Below are positions 27,264 through 38,200 of a stretch of DNA of 60,613 bases, piece after piece. Under the pieces are notes generated by a model. That model saw nothing but the letters and a program-made list of their open reading frames with translations. It was not told the origin of the DNA and did no database searches. Each line of letters opens with the position of its first letter. The first letter of the stretch is position 1. Origin of the DNA: a virus (Duplodnaviria > Caudoviricetes); IMG/VR virus record IMGVR_UViG_3300037440_000098, positions 1-60,613 of that record. The stretch is one strand, 5' to 3'. The position numbers were made by a program, and so were the translations under genes.

Positions 27264-27703
27264 GGCTGCTTCCGTGGCAGGACGCCATCATGGATGAGCT
27301 TCGTTCAGCTCTCGGGGTAAACATCGACGTGCTCGATGGAGGTTACGGGGAGAGCGAAGAACCTGCTCGACTGGAGAACGGCATGATCCGGCCCTACGTC
27401 CTCGTGTGGTTTGGAGGGTCGATCGACGCCGGACCGGGGTTCGCCACCATAGGTGGTGTTCGCCAGGCAAGTCGGCAAGGCTACCTGCACGTGGAGTGTG
27501 TAGGCACGACCATGACCCACGCGCGACAGCTCGGGGACCTGTGCCGTGACGCGCTGCACGGCTTCCGGCCGGACGGCGAGGGCGAACTGGAGGAGGACGG
27601 AGCCCCGTCCATCCGCAACCCCATCAGCACGACCACAGGCGTCGACGTGCGGTACTCGTACCCACTGGCGTTCCACGGCGTCGTCAACACGACAACCGCC
27701 TGA
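27260..27703 (+). CDS. tail terminator-like protein
   Basis: ATGA overlap; RPYVLVWFG; directly before the major tail gene. Confidence 0.7.
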   Translation: MRLLPWQDAIMDELRSALGVNIDVLDGGYGESEEPARLENGMIRPYVLVWFGGSIDAGPGFATIGGVRQASRQGYLHVECVGTTMTHARQLGDLCRDALHGFRPDGEGELEEDGAPSIRNPISTTTGVDVRYSYPLAFHGVVNTTTA

Positions 27704-27755
27704 CCACGTATGCTAGGGGCCGCTAGGCCCCCGGCGCTCACGAAGGAGAAGCCAC

Positions 27756-28274
27756 ATGCCCCAGAAGATGCTCCCGCCGAACGTGACCGTTTGGTGGGTG
27801 GACACCACCCCCGGCATCGTCGACATCGACAACCCCACGGCCGCCGAGATCAACGCAGGAACGAACATCTCCTGCGCCATCGTGGACCCGTACACCCTGG
27901 GTTGGACCGACCGCGACACCGACGACACGGCCTCGATCTGTGACGACTCCAACGTGGAGACCCCGACCCGCAAGAACTACGAGGGCGACCTCACCTTCTT
28001 CCGGGACGCGGACCTGGACGATGTGGCCTCGGTGTTCAACATCGCCGCCGCGCTGTTCAAGACCCCCCTGGTCCAGGGATACCTGGTCCAGCGCATCGGG
28101 AAGAACCCCAACCTCTTCCCGACTGCGGCGGCGGGCGACGAGGTGTCCGTGTTCGAGTTCCTGTCGGGTGACCCGAACATCGTCAAGGACAACGACGGGC
28201 CGGTCCAGATGCAGGTTCGCTTCTACGCGCAGGGTCGTTCCTCGAACGGCCTCGTGCTCGTGGACGCGAGCTGA
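27756..28274 (+). CDS. major tail protein
   Basis: PTAAEINAG.NISCAI..YTLG, YEGDLTFFRD, GYLVQRIGK; strong codon bias. Confidence 0.85.
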   Translation: MPQKMLPPNVTVWWVDTTPGIVDIDNPTAAEINAGTNISCAIVDPYTLGWTDRDTDDTASICDDSNVETPTRKNYEGDLTFFRDADLDDVASVFNIAAALFKTPLVQGYLVQRIGKNPNLFPTAAAGDEVSVFEFLSGDPNIVKDNDGPVQMQVRFYAQGRSSNGLVLVDAS

Positions 28275-28306
28275 CCAAGCACCACCAACACTAGGGGATC
28301 ACCGAC

Positions 28307-29014
28307 ATGTCAGAGAACATCAAGGTCGAGGCGACCGCCGAAGGCGGGCGCAAGGACAAGCACATCGAGGTGCCGGATGCCATGCCGACACCTGCAACCT
28401 TCAGCCTGAACGACTTCGTCCAGGAGAAGTGCACCGTCCCGATCGTGGGCGTCACCGTCTTCCTGGACGCGGACGCCGGTAAGCAGCTCTACGACGCGCA
28501 GGTCAAGCGTGACGAGCTGAACATCGAGATGGTCGAGGTCAACAACTCGACTGCGCCGAAGCTGGCTGTCGGTGAGACCAACCCCAAGATGGTGCGGCTG
28601 GATCAGATTCAGCGGGAGGTCGCACTTCTGGACGCGAAGATCGCGGGGCTGGAGGAGCGTGTCCGTTCCTCCGCCCTGCTGATCGAGCTTCAGGTCACCG
28701 ACCCGAAGATGCCCGACCGTGTACGTGAGACGATCCGGGCGGCTCTGGGCGGGAACACCGAGGACGAGAAGTTCTCGGAGGAGGCGATGACCGGGATGCT
28801 GGCCGAAGCCACTGTTCGCATCATGCGGACGGACGGCGCGGTCATCAAGGGTCCGATCTCCATGGAGTCCATGCGCTCGATGCGGAACCGGCTCATCGTC
28901 ACCGAGTCCACCAAGCTGGTCGCCGGTCTGTACGAGGCGCTGAACCTCAACGTCCAGTGGATGGCCAACATCGATGCCGGGTTTCCTGGCCGAGACGCTG
29001 ACGTGGCCGGGTAA
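28307..29014 (+). CDS. tail assembly chaperone (G-like)
   Basis: Position between major tail and tape measure genes. Confidence 0.75.
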   Translation: MSENIKVEATAEGGRKDKHIEVPDAMPTPATFSLNDFVQEKCTVPIVGVTVFLDADAGKQLYDAQVKRDELNIEMVEVNNSTAPKLAVGETNPKMVRLDQIQREVALLDAKIAGLEERVRSSALLIELQVTDPKMPDRVRETIRAALGGNTEDEKFSEEAMTGMLAEATVRIMRTDGAVIKGPISMESMRSMRNRLIVTESTKLVAGLYEALNLNVQWMANIDAGFPGRDADVAG

Positions 29015-29387
29015 CCGGCACTACGTCACTGACCTCAAGACGGCGCGGTCGTGGTCTGTGCCTCCGCTGACAGTCATCACCGGCAGCGAGCAGGGATGGA
29101 CCGTGACCAACAGGAAGTTGGCCAAGGCCCTGACTGTCATGGAGGAGGAGGTTTGTAACTCCTGCAAGACTCCTCTGTGGCAGGCGTACAGCACCGACAA
29201 CCGAGTCCAGTTCGAGGTCAAGACGAGCCACTGCTACGCCTGCGCCGCGCTGGAGAAGCACCGAGAAGAACACAAGAAGGACGCCAAGCCGGGCGAGATC
29301 CAGTACGTCAAGGCGTTCAATGTCTTCGAGGGTGAGCCACTGCCTAGCAGGTACGAGTCTTACATGAGGGAAGCGGGCAAGAAATGA
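28974..29387 (+). CDS. tail assembly chaperone extension (T-like), probably reached by frameshift
   Basis: Overlaps the G-like ORF in the +1 frame at GGG TTT C; CxxC..CxxC motifs. Confidence 0.7.
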   Translation: MPGFLAETLTWPGNRHYVTDLKTARSWSVPPLTVITGSEQGWTVTNRKLAKALTVMEEEVCNSCKTPLWQAYSTDNRVQFEVKTSHCYACAALEKHREEHKKDAKPGEIQYVKAFNVFEGEPLPSRYESYMREAGKK

Positions 29388-32300
29388 CGCAGTTCGACGC
29401 CACAGCACGGATCAACGTAGACCTGTCCGGGTTTGCTCGGGCTGCGGCGTCGTCCACCTCTGCGGGTGGCGCGTTCACCACATCGATTCGCAGCCTTCAG
29501 ACGGCGCTGACGCAGGTTGAGGGCGTAAATAAGCGGACCACCAGTCAGCTCATGAACGCCCTGAACCTGTACAAGCAGCTCGCTTCCACGGTGAACACCT
29601 ACGCCAGTGCAGTGAAGACCCTGGCGGATGGGAACAACAGGGCGTCGGTCAACCAGAGGCGGATTAACTCCGCTCTCGATGCCCTGTCTGGCAGCCTTGC
29701 CAGGGTAACCGGGCTGACCAAGGAGGAGACCGCAGCCAAGCAGCGGGAACTCCGGCTTTACCAGCAGCTCGCTGGGGCATTGAACTCCTACGCCAGCGCG
29801 CTCCAGAAGATGGCCGCTGTTCAGCAGAAGAACACGCAGCTCACCAACCAGCAGGCTCAGGCACAGCAGCGAGCTGAGCAGGCGGCTCAGCGACTGGCTC
29901 AGCAGGAACAGCGGTTGGCCATCGCTCAGCAGAACCTCCAGCTCCAGTCGCAGCGGCTGGCACAGCAGCAGCAGGCCATGGCCAACTCCATGAACCGTAC
30001 GGCTGGTGCGGCGAACGCGGGCGACCGGGCTTTCACCAACTTCAGTCACTCGACCTTCGCCCTCCGGTCCAGCGTGGGTGAGCTGGAGCAGGGGTTCAGC
30101 AGGATCTTCGTGGTCCTCGGTGCTATCCCTGTGGCTGCTGCTGCGGCAGCGATCAGCCAAGAGCAGGCGTTCGCGCAGGTGGCCCGAGTCGTGGGCGAGG
30201 CAGAGGCAGCGTCGGCTGGTCTGCTCGACCGCTTCAGGGAGATCGCTCAGACGGCACCGATTAGCTTCGAGGAAGTGGCCAAGATTGGCCAGCTCGGTGC
30301 GCAGATCGGCATCTCCGCCAACGAGCTGGGTGACTTCACCGACACGATCGTGCGCTTCTCCATCACGACCGGTGTAGCTGCGGAAGAGTCCACTCTGCTG
30401 CTGGGCCGCATCGCCGAGATGCAGAACGTGCCGATCGGTGAGATGGAGAACCTGGGCTCCGCCATCCTGGCCCTTGGTACCGCGTCGGCAGCCACCGACC
30501 AGGAGATCCTGCGGGTCAACGAGTCCATCGCAACGGCCTCGAACATCTTCGGACTGACGACACAGGCAACCTCTGGCCTGGCCGCAGCGCTGGCCACCCT
30601 TCGTGTGCGTCCGGAGCTGGCACGTGGCTCGCTCACCCGTGTCTTCGGTCAGCTCCGAGACGCTGTGGAGCAAGGTGGGGACAGCCTGGTCAGGCTCAGC
30701 GACATCATGGGCCTGACCCAGAAGGCCACCGTCGAACTGTTCCAGACGGACACCGATCAGTTCTTCGTCAAGTTCGTGGAGGGCTTGTCCAAGGCTGCCG
30801 AGAATGGTGAGTCGTTCCGCAACGTCCTCAGCGACCTGGGCGTCAACGCTGTCCGAGACATCGACACCTTCAGCCGTCTCGGTAACAACTTCGACGTGCT
30901 GGCTGACTCGGTAGACCGGGCCAACATCGAGTACGCCAAGGGCAGCGAACTCCAGAAGCAGTCCAAGACGATCTACGAGACGACTGCCAACGAGATCCAG
31001 AACCTGTCCGACGCGTTCAAGACCTTCCTGGCCATCGTGGGTGCGCCGTTGGCTAAGGCCATCAACACCATCGCGAAGGCGCTGACCGGCGCGGTAGAGA
31101 CCGTGGCGAAGCTGGGTCCGATCGTTCCCATCCTGGGTTTCGTGGCTACTGCTGTGGCCGTGGGTGCTACTGCATGGCTGGCACTCCAGATCGCCATGGC
31201 CAAGACGCTCCAGGGCATCATCGCCATGCGAGAACTCCAGAACACCCTCGGTGTGCGTACGATCAACCTGACCACGGTGATCCGCGCATGGCGCGGTGAG
31301 CTGCTGGGTGCTTCACAGGCAACTGCCGCAACCACCACCGCAATGCGGGGACAAACGGTAACCGCAGGACAGCTCGCTACCGCCATGGGTGCGGTGGGAA
31401 CTGCGTCGAGTCGCGCCGTGGTGGCCAACGCTGCACTCAGTACGTCCCTCGTCAGCAGCAACGCGGGGTTCAAGGCCAACACTCTGGCTGCTGGCACTGC
31501 TACCAACTCGTCTACCGCGTTCACCACCGCTACCGCTCGGGCAGCCGTAGCCAACCAGGCGTTTGCGGTCAGCAGCGCGCAGGCGGCCACGTCTACCCGC
31601 GCTGTGTCGGCTGCTCTGGTACTGACGGGCTCCTCGGCAAACACGGCTGCGGCCGGTGTGACTGCGGCGGCTGCCGCTACCACCAGGGCCAGTGCCGCTA
31701 CCACCAGGGCCAGTGCAGCTACCAGGGCCATGACCTTCGCCATGGGTCCGTGGGGTATCGCCATCGGTACCGCTGCTCTGCTGCTGGGTGGACTGGTCGG
31801 CGGCATGGATCTCTTCACCAGCAGCGGTGACAAGCTGTACCAGTCCGCACTTGAGCAGACTGGTGGCCTCGACACGCTGCGGAACGCCATCAAGGCGGAC
31901 ACCGATGCAGCTCGGGAAGGCGGGAAGGTCTATCGCGAGGTGGCCGTCACCAAGGACAAGGTGTCCGAGGCCGACCGCCGATCGGCTGAAGCTGCACGCG
32001 ACTCTGCCAAGGCCCGCATTGCTGAGATCGAGCTGATTGCTGGCTCGGTGGCTGAGCTGAGGAGGCAGGGCAAGGCTGCTCAGCAGTACCTCAACATCAT
32101 CGAGGACGAGACTGGCAAGATCGCTGAGGCGAACGCCGTCCTCGAAGACAACGTGGCCATCATCGGTGAGCAGACCAGGGCATGGCTGCTGAACACGGTC
32201 CAGGCTGCCGCGAATGAGTCCGGCATCGCCAGCAACAACAAGGCGCTGAAGGAACTCAACAAAACCGGCGTCGATGTTGGTGACATCCTGACCAAATCCC

Positions 32301-34045
32301 TTAGTGACCCCAAGAAGCCGACTGAGGACCTTGAGGCCGCAATTAAGCAGCTCAAGGGGGTTATGGAGGAAGAGATTCAGGGTGGCATCATGGTCAACTC
32401 TGGTCCTCAGCTCAACGAGACAGGTAAGGCGGCCAAGAAGGCCAAGGACTTCCTCGAAGCTATGAAGAAGGCCATCGAGGAGAACAGCGACGAGGCCGCA
32501 GCCAACGTCGTGATCCAGGATCTCCTCGGTCAGGCTCTCGATGACACCGGCAACACCGCCGTAACGGCCGGTGGCAAGGTCAAGCTGACCACCGACAACC
32601 TCGAAGACCTCAACCTGACCACCGACGAGGCACAGACGCAGCTCAATGAGCTGATCAAGACCCTCGGTGGCTTCGGAACTGCCTTCGACGCCTTCAAGAC
32701 GGCGGCTGAAGCTGCCGCAGGGACCACCAAGAGCAGCACCGAAGAGGCTACGGCCGCTGTAGAGAACTTCAGCCTCAAGACCAAGACCGGATTCGATGCC
32801 TACCTCAAGGAACTGGAGAAGATCGCTACCGCTCAGCGCAACTGGGCGACCAACCTGATCAAAATCAGCGCCACTCTGGGTCCGGGCATCGCTGCTGAGC
32901 TTCAGAAGCTGGGTCCGGAAGCCGCTCCGTTCATCCAGGAGCTGGCCGATCTCTCTGCGGACAAGCTGACCAAGCTGAAGCCCCGCCTTGAGGCCATCAT
33001 GGGCGACAACGTGGCCGGAATCGCTACCTCCATCATCAAGGGGCAGGCTGCGATCGAGAATGCGTCGTCTGGGACGGCCACGCTCATCGCCAACACCCTG
33101 GCCAACGAGCTGGGAGCTGCGAAGAACACCGAAAAGTTCAATGCGGTCATCGAAAAGTACGGGACGCTGCTCGAAAACCTCAAGAACCACAAGGGCGAAG
33201 TCAACATTGACAACGTCAAGGGCTTGAAGTCCATCGATGACATCATCAACTACATCGAACTGAGCGAAGACAAGCGTCTGTTCGACCCTGATGGCCGGGC
33301 TGAGCTGAAGACCGAGTTGTTCAAGCGTGGTGCGCTCGATCTGCTGTCCCTCATCATCCAGATGGAGAAGGCTGGAGCCTTCGACCCGGATGGTAAGGCC
33401 AAGATGGACCCGAGCAGCTTCACCAAGACGCTCGGGAGCATCCAGGACGGCGTGTACCGGGCCGAGAGGAACGGTTCGCTCAACCCTGATGGCAAGGCCG
33501 GGCTGACCAACGGCAACTTCTACGTCAAGCTGGCTCAGTTCAAGCGAGACTCGAACTCTGCGGGTCAGACCATCCAGGCCAACCTCACCAGGTCGGCTAC
33601 GGTGTCGGTGGGCTACTACTACTACCAGAAGAACACCCCGCCGAAGACCGCTCAGGTCAAGGATGGTGGCTGGATCTCTGGTCCTGGTGGTCCTCGCGAC
33701 GACCGAGTCCCCGCCATGCTGTCCAACGGCGAGTTCGTGGTCAACGCCAGGTCGGCAGAGGCCAACGCGTCTCTGCTGGAGGCCATCAACAACGGTGGCC
33801 GTAGTGTTGTGTCCACCGAGGTGGATGGCCTGGCTGCCAAGATGGCTGCGATCTCCAGCGGCGGCCGTTCGTCCGGCTCCATGGCTCGTGTGCCTGAGTC
33901 AGCGGCAGCGCTTTCGACCGGCCTGGCCCGTCCTACGGCACAGACTGTCATCAACGTGACCAACTACTACCCGCAGGCTGAGCCGACCTCCAAGACGGTT
34001 AACCGCACGCTGGCCTTCGCCTCTGCTCTGGACGGTACGACATGA
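29384..34045 (+). CDS. tape measure protein (1553 aa)
   Basis: Long Ala-rich helical ORF; GPGGPRDDRVPAMLSNGEFVVNA near the C-terminus. Confidence 0.93.
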   Translation: MTQFDATARINVDLSGFARAAASSTSAGGAFTTSIRSLQTALTQVEGVNKRTTSQLMNALNLYKQLASTVNTYASAVKTLADGNNRASVNQRRINSALDALSGSLARVTGLTKEETAAKQRELRLYQQLAGALNSYASALQKMAAVQQKNTQLTNQQAQAQQRAEQAAQRLAQQEQRLAIAQQNLQLQSQRLAQQQQAMANSMNRTAGAANAGDRAFTNFSHSTFALRSSVGELEQGFSRIFVVLGAIPVAAAAAAISQEQAFAQVARVVGEAEAASAGLLDRFREIAQTAPISFEEVAKIGQLGAQIGISANELGDFTDTIVRFSITTGVAAEESTLLLGRIAEMQNVPIGEMENLGSAILALGTASAATDQEILRVNESIATASNIFGLTTQATSGLAAALATLRVRPELARGSLTRVFGQLRDAVEQGGDSLVRLSDIMGLTQKATVELFQTDTDQFFVKFVEGLSKAAENGESFRNVLSDLGVNAVRDIDTFSRLGNNFDVLADSVDRANIEYAKGSELQKQSKTIYETTANEIQNLSDAFKTFLAIVGAPLAKAINTIAKALTGAVETVAKLGPIVPILGFVATAVAVGATAWLALQIAMAKTLQGIIAMRELQNTLGVRTINLTTVIRAWRGELLGASQATAATTTAMRGQTVTAGQLATAMGAVGTASSRAVVANAALSTSLVSSNAGFKANTLAAGTATNSSTAFTTATARAAVANQAFAVSSAQAATSTRAVSAALVLTGSSANTAAAGVTAAAAATTRASAATTRASAATRAMTFAMGPWGIAIGTAALLLGGLVGGMDLFTSSGDKLYQSALEQTGGLDTLRNAIKADTDAAREGGKVYREVAVTKDKVSEADRRSAEAARDSAKARIAEIELIAGSVAELRRQGKAAQQYLNIIEDETGKIAEANAVLEDNVAIIGEQTRAWLLNTVQAAANESGIASNNKALKELNKTGVDVGDILTKSLSDPKKPTEDLEAAIKQLKGVMEEEIQGGIMVNSGPQLNETGKAAKKAKDFLEAMKKAIEENSDEAAANVVIQDLLGQALDDTGNTAVTAGGKVKLTTDNLEDLNLTTDEAQTQLNELIKTLGGFGTAFDAFKTAAEAAAGTTKSSTEEATAAVENFSLKTKTGFDAYLKELEKIATAQRNWATNLIKISATLGPGIAAELQKLGPEAAPFIQELADLSADKLTKLKPRLEAIMGDNVAGIATSIIKGQAAIENASSGTATLIANTLANELGAAKNTEKFNAVIEKYGTLLENLKNHKGEVNIDNVKGLKSIDDIINYIELSEDKRLFDPDGRAELKTELFKRGALDLLSLIIQMEKAGAFDPDGKAKMDPSSFTKTLGSIQDGVYRAERNGSLNPDGKAGLTNGNFYVKLAQFKRDSNSAGQTIQANLTRSATVSVGYYYYQKNTPPKTAQVKDGGWISGPGGPRDDRVPAMLSNGEFVVNARSAEANASLLEAINNGGRSVVSTEVDGLAAKMAAISSGGRSSGSMARVPESAAALSTGLARPTAQTVINVTNYYPQAEPTSKTVNRTLAFASALDGTT
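31672..31730 (+). repeat. in-frame 21-bp tandem repeat in the tape measure gene
   Basis: TGCCGCTACCACCAGGGCCAG twice plus a degenerate third copy (AATTRAS). Confidence 0.75.
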
Positions 34046-34890
34046 CGCTGCTCTACTCCGTGAACGGCCTTGCTCTGCACAACCCGGCGCAGGGCAGGAA
34101 GCTCCTGGACGCCACTCAGTGGGCCGGTCCTATCCAGATGCGGAACACGGTCATCACCCTGCCGAACATGCATGGGTCCATCCCTGTGTGGCAAGCACCA
34201 CTGGAGCCTGGTTCGATCATCTTCCGTGTACGTATCCAGGGAAGTACACCGGCTGAACTGAACGAGCGATGGAACGAGCTGATCCGTCACATGGGTGTCG
34301 GCATCAACCAGCCGGTCACCTTGGCCAGGACCAGGAACGCACCTGATGGCGGGGATGGCCAGCAGGTATCGGTGGCCGGTCAGCTCGTCAGCATGGAACC
34401 TCCGGACTTCTTCTGCAACCCCGGTTTCTGTGATACGAACATCGTGTTCAGTATCCCCGAGGGCAGGTGGTTCGGCGATGAGGAGGACACTGCCCTCATC
34501 ATCCCTGGAAGCAACCAGATCGTCAGCGTTGCGCAGGATTCCACGCTCCCGCTGACGAACATGCAGTTTCTCTGCCAAGGTCCGATCAGCTCACTCCAGA
34601 TCAACGACAACGTCAGCCAGACCGGCTTTGCGTGGTCAGGTGCCAACATCCTCGGCTCTGAATGGTTGCTGGTGGACCTTCAGACCTACACCGCGTGGCA
34701 GAAAGACACCGAAGACTGGGAACTGACGGGAACCAACGTCAGTGCGCAGCTCAGGTCCATGCTCTTGGGCTGGCTCACCCTCGTGCCCGGTATCGCACCG
34801 GGAAGTGCGGCATCGGACGTGACGGTGTCCGCCTCCGGCACCAGTGGTGCAACAACCTGTACGCTGAGGACTCGACCGGCTTACCACTAA
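34042..34890 (+). CDS. distal tail (Dit-like) protein
   Basis: First gene after tape measure; ATGA overlap. Confidence 0.72.
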   Translation: MTLLYSVNGLALHNPAQGRKLLDATQWAGPIQMRNTVITLPNMHGSIPVWQAPLEPGSIIFRVRIQGSTPAELNERWNELIRHMGVGINQPVTLARTRNAPDGGDGQQVSVAGQLVSMEPPDFFCNPGFCDTNIVFSIPEGRWFGDEEDTALIIPGSNQIVSVAQDSTLPLTNMQFLCQGPISSLQINDNVSQTGFAWSGANILGSEWLLVDLQTYTAWQKDTEDWELTGTNVSAQLRSMLLGWLTLVPGIAPGSAASDVTVSASGTSGATTCTLRTRPAYH

Positions 34891-34902
34891 GGAGCTACGG
34901 AC

Positions 34903-35253
34903 ATGGCACTGACCAACAACCTCTTCAACCCGATGCTGGACGCGGCCGGTACCGAGATCGGCGAGGTCTCGCTGCACTCCGCCGACCCCGGAGCGACCGG
35001 CGCGAACGAGCTGGTCGGCGGCTCCTACACCCGCGCGGTTCCCGCCTGGGGTGCGGCTTCGGGTGGTTCGGTGCAGACGAGTGCGGCCATGGACTTCACC
35101 GTACCGGGCGGGTCCACCGTGGCATGGGTGGGTCTGTGGGATGGCGCGGGAACCACCTTCCTGGGTGGGGTGCAGCTCGCTACGACCGAGGTGTTCGCGG
35201 CTGACGGTACCTACACGGTCACCAACATCACCCTGACTCTCGCCAACGCCTGA
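34903..35253 (+). CDS. small minor tail protein
   Basis: SLHSADPG.TGANE..GGSY.R...W and VGLWD motifs. Confidence 0.7.
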   Translation: MALTNNLFNPMLDAAGTEIGEVSLHSADPGATGANELVGGSYTRAVPAWGAASGGSVQTSAAMDFTVPGGSTVAWVGLWDGAGTTFLGGVQLATTEVFAADGTYTVTNITLTLANA

Positions 35254-35254
35254 G

Positions 35255-38200
35255 ATGGCTTTCGTTCCGGAGAACGCCAACCCGGACTTCGGCACTGATC
35301 TCTCCGACTGGAGTGACAGTGGTGGTGGAACCATCAGCAGAATCGACATCTCTGCTGACGATCCTCCTGCTGGGTCAAATGGCTGGGCGATGCACATCGT
35401 GCCGGATGGCGCGAGTCAGTTCCCCGGTGGTGAGAGCGATCACTACGCGGTGGCACCCGGTGAGTACAAGTGGGGCCAGGCAACTGTACGTTGCTCCGAC
35501 GATCACTCAGTCGGTATCGACGTCAACTGGTTCGACGTAGCTCACGCTTACTTGAGCACCACAAACCTCACGGTAGCTGCGGAAGCAGGTGTTTGGTACG
35601 AGCAAGGCAGCCGACGTATAGCTCCAGTCGATGCTGCTTTCTACTCGCTGAAGATCACCATCCCGGACACACCGGCTGCGTCCATCACAGTCGATGTGGA
35701 CTTCGCGGGGATCGGCGACGACCCTACGTCTGAGTCGCTGACCATCGGGATGGTGGCCGACGCCAGCGTCGAAGGCACAGGGCCGAGAGACCCGAGCGTC
35801 ACGGTTCCGGCCAGCGCTACGGCGACCGGCTCGAAGGACTCCAGCGCGGCGGCCAGCGGCGGCATGGAGGCGTCCGGAGCTGCCTCCGGGTCCAAGGACA
35901 CCAGCGGCTCGGGGTCGGCTGCCAGCGAGGCGTCTACCGCGTCCTCGGGCACGAAGGCCAGCAGCGGTGAGCCTGTCGGCTCGCTCGACATGGTGATGTC
36001 GTCCAGCGCGACCGGCCGTGTCCAGGGCGAAGAGGTGGTCTTCTCCGACTTCCCTCCGCTTCGGTGGAGGATCAGGGCCTACGACCCTGACGGAACACTC
36101 CGAGGCCAGCTTCCTGTGCCTCTCGGCTGGACAGTGGCGCTGCCGTTCGATGACCTCAGCTCCATGACACTGGAGTACGCCAACAGTGCGCCTGGCATCG
36201 ACTTGCTCCAGGCTCCCTGCGAAGTGGTACTGGAGCTGAGCGATGAGAACGCCATGTTCCAGGAGTACCCCGACTGCCGGTTCCTGAACATCCGACAAAG
36301 CCAGGACTTGATCCAGGCTGATGTGACGACGAAGCTCACCATGCCGTCGTACGGATGGATGCTCCGTAAGGTCAGGAACATCAACACGGCAACCTTCAAC
36401 GAGGAAGGGAACCGCGTCTTCACCAACGTCACGGTGGGCGCGCTCATCAACACCTTCCTCACCGAGGCACACACGCGCGGGAACGTCCCGTTCCTGGTCA
36501 CCGACTTCAATGCGACTAACGACAGTGATGGTGAGGCATGGACCAACCTCATCACCATCGAGGTAGCCGCAGGCCAAGATCTGTGGTCACTGCTCCAGAC
36601 CATGGTGGCTCAGGGACAGTGCGACTTCCGCATGAACGGCCGGACGCTTCAGCTCTACAAGGCCGACACGTTCCTGAACCGAGACCAGACGCTGAACCCC
36701 ACGGCCAAGGTGCTCCATACCTTCCGTGATGTGTCGGCGGCTCCGGATGACCGCAGCTACGAGGACATTGCCCACACCATCCTGGTGCAGGGCGATGACG
36801 CCAAGTTCGTCACGGTCGAGCAGGCTGTGAACCCGTCTCCATGGGGAGAGTGGGAGAACTTCATGACCCAAAGCGGTGTCACCGACACCGGGGTCCTGAA
36901 CTCTCTCGCTGTCCGCGCGCTGGAGATGGCCAACGCTCCTCGTACGCAGATGACCAGGGAGCTGGTGTTCCGCAGCCAGTCGCCGCTGCCGATCATCGAC
37001 TACCGCAGCGGTGACCACGTTCTGGCGCAGGACGAGACCGCCCTGATGGACGATCTCCGTGTCCGTCAGATCACCCTGACCATGGGCGGTGAGGCGCTGA
37101 CCGGGAATGTGGTCCTGGGCGACAAGTTCACCGAGAGGGACATCCGCATTCAGCGGCAGATCGCCGCTCTGGCTGGGTCTGCCTCCACCATCGGCGGTTC
37201 TGGTACTACGCCGACCGTTCCGACCACGCCGATCCCCGACACCTCCGTACCCGCGCAGGTAACCGGGCTGGTGCTGGCAGCAGACAGCTACGTGGACGAG
37301 CTTGGCCGTCCTCGTGGTCTGTTCTCGGCGCAGTGGGCGGAAGTCACTCTGGATACCGGAGGTGATCCGCAGGACATCTCCAGCTACCGTGTTCGGTGGT
37401 CTGCTCTCGGGTCAGGCTTCTGGAAGCAGCGCACGGTGGGCGGAGACACGCTCATCACCTGGATCGGTGAGGACATCCAAGTCCTCACCATCTACACAGT
37501 TGAGGTTGCTGCGGTCGGCAGCAACAACATCCAGGGAGCATGGTCCGACTCCGAGAACATCTTCATCCCCGCCGATGCAACGGCACCTCCTGTGCCTTCG
37601 GACCCCGTGGTCACCTCGCGGCTCGGTACGCTGCGGGTTCACTGGGATGGGCTGGACGAGGACACCCTCCCCATGCCTGCCGACTTCGCACGTGTCGAGG
37701 TCGAGATGGGCAACACCGGCAGCGGTCCGTTTGCTGTGGTCGGTACTGTGTCCAGTACCAGCGATCTCATCATCGCCGATCAGCCATACGAGGCAGAGCG
37801 GTTCTTCCGGTTCAGGGCCGTTGACACCAGTGGCAACACGTCTGGCTACAGCGGAGTGGTGAGTGGGTCCACCGAGCCTTTGGTGGACACCGACATCATC
37901 GGTCAGGTCATCGATGGTGCCAACATCGTCGACGGCACGTTGGTAGCCAGCGACAAGATCGTGGCCAACTCCATCACCGGCGGCTTGATCGAGGCCCTGG
38001 CTATCAACGCGGGCCACATCCAGGCAAACGCCATCACCTCGGACAAGATCGAGGCTGGTGCGATCACAGCCGAGAAAATCTCTGCGTACTCCATCGACGC
38101 AACCCGGCTGGCCATCGGCGGTAATCGGAACCTGGTGGCTGACGGCAACGCGGCCAATGAAGACCTCGGTACGGCAAGGACCCAGAACGCTACGGGTCTG

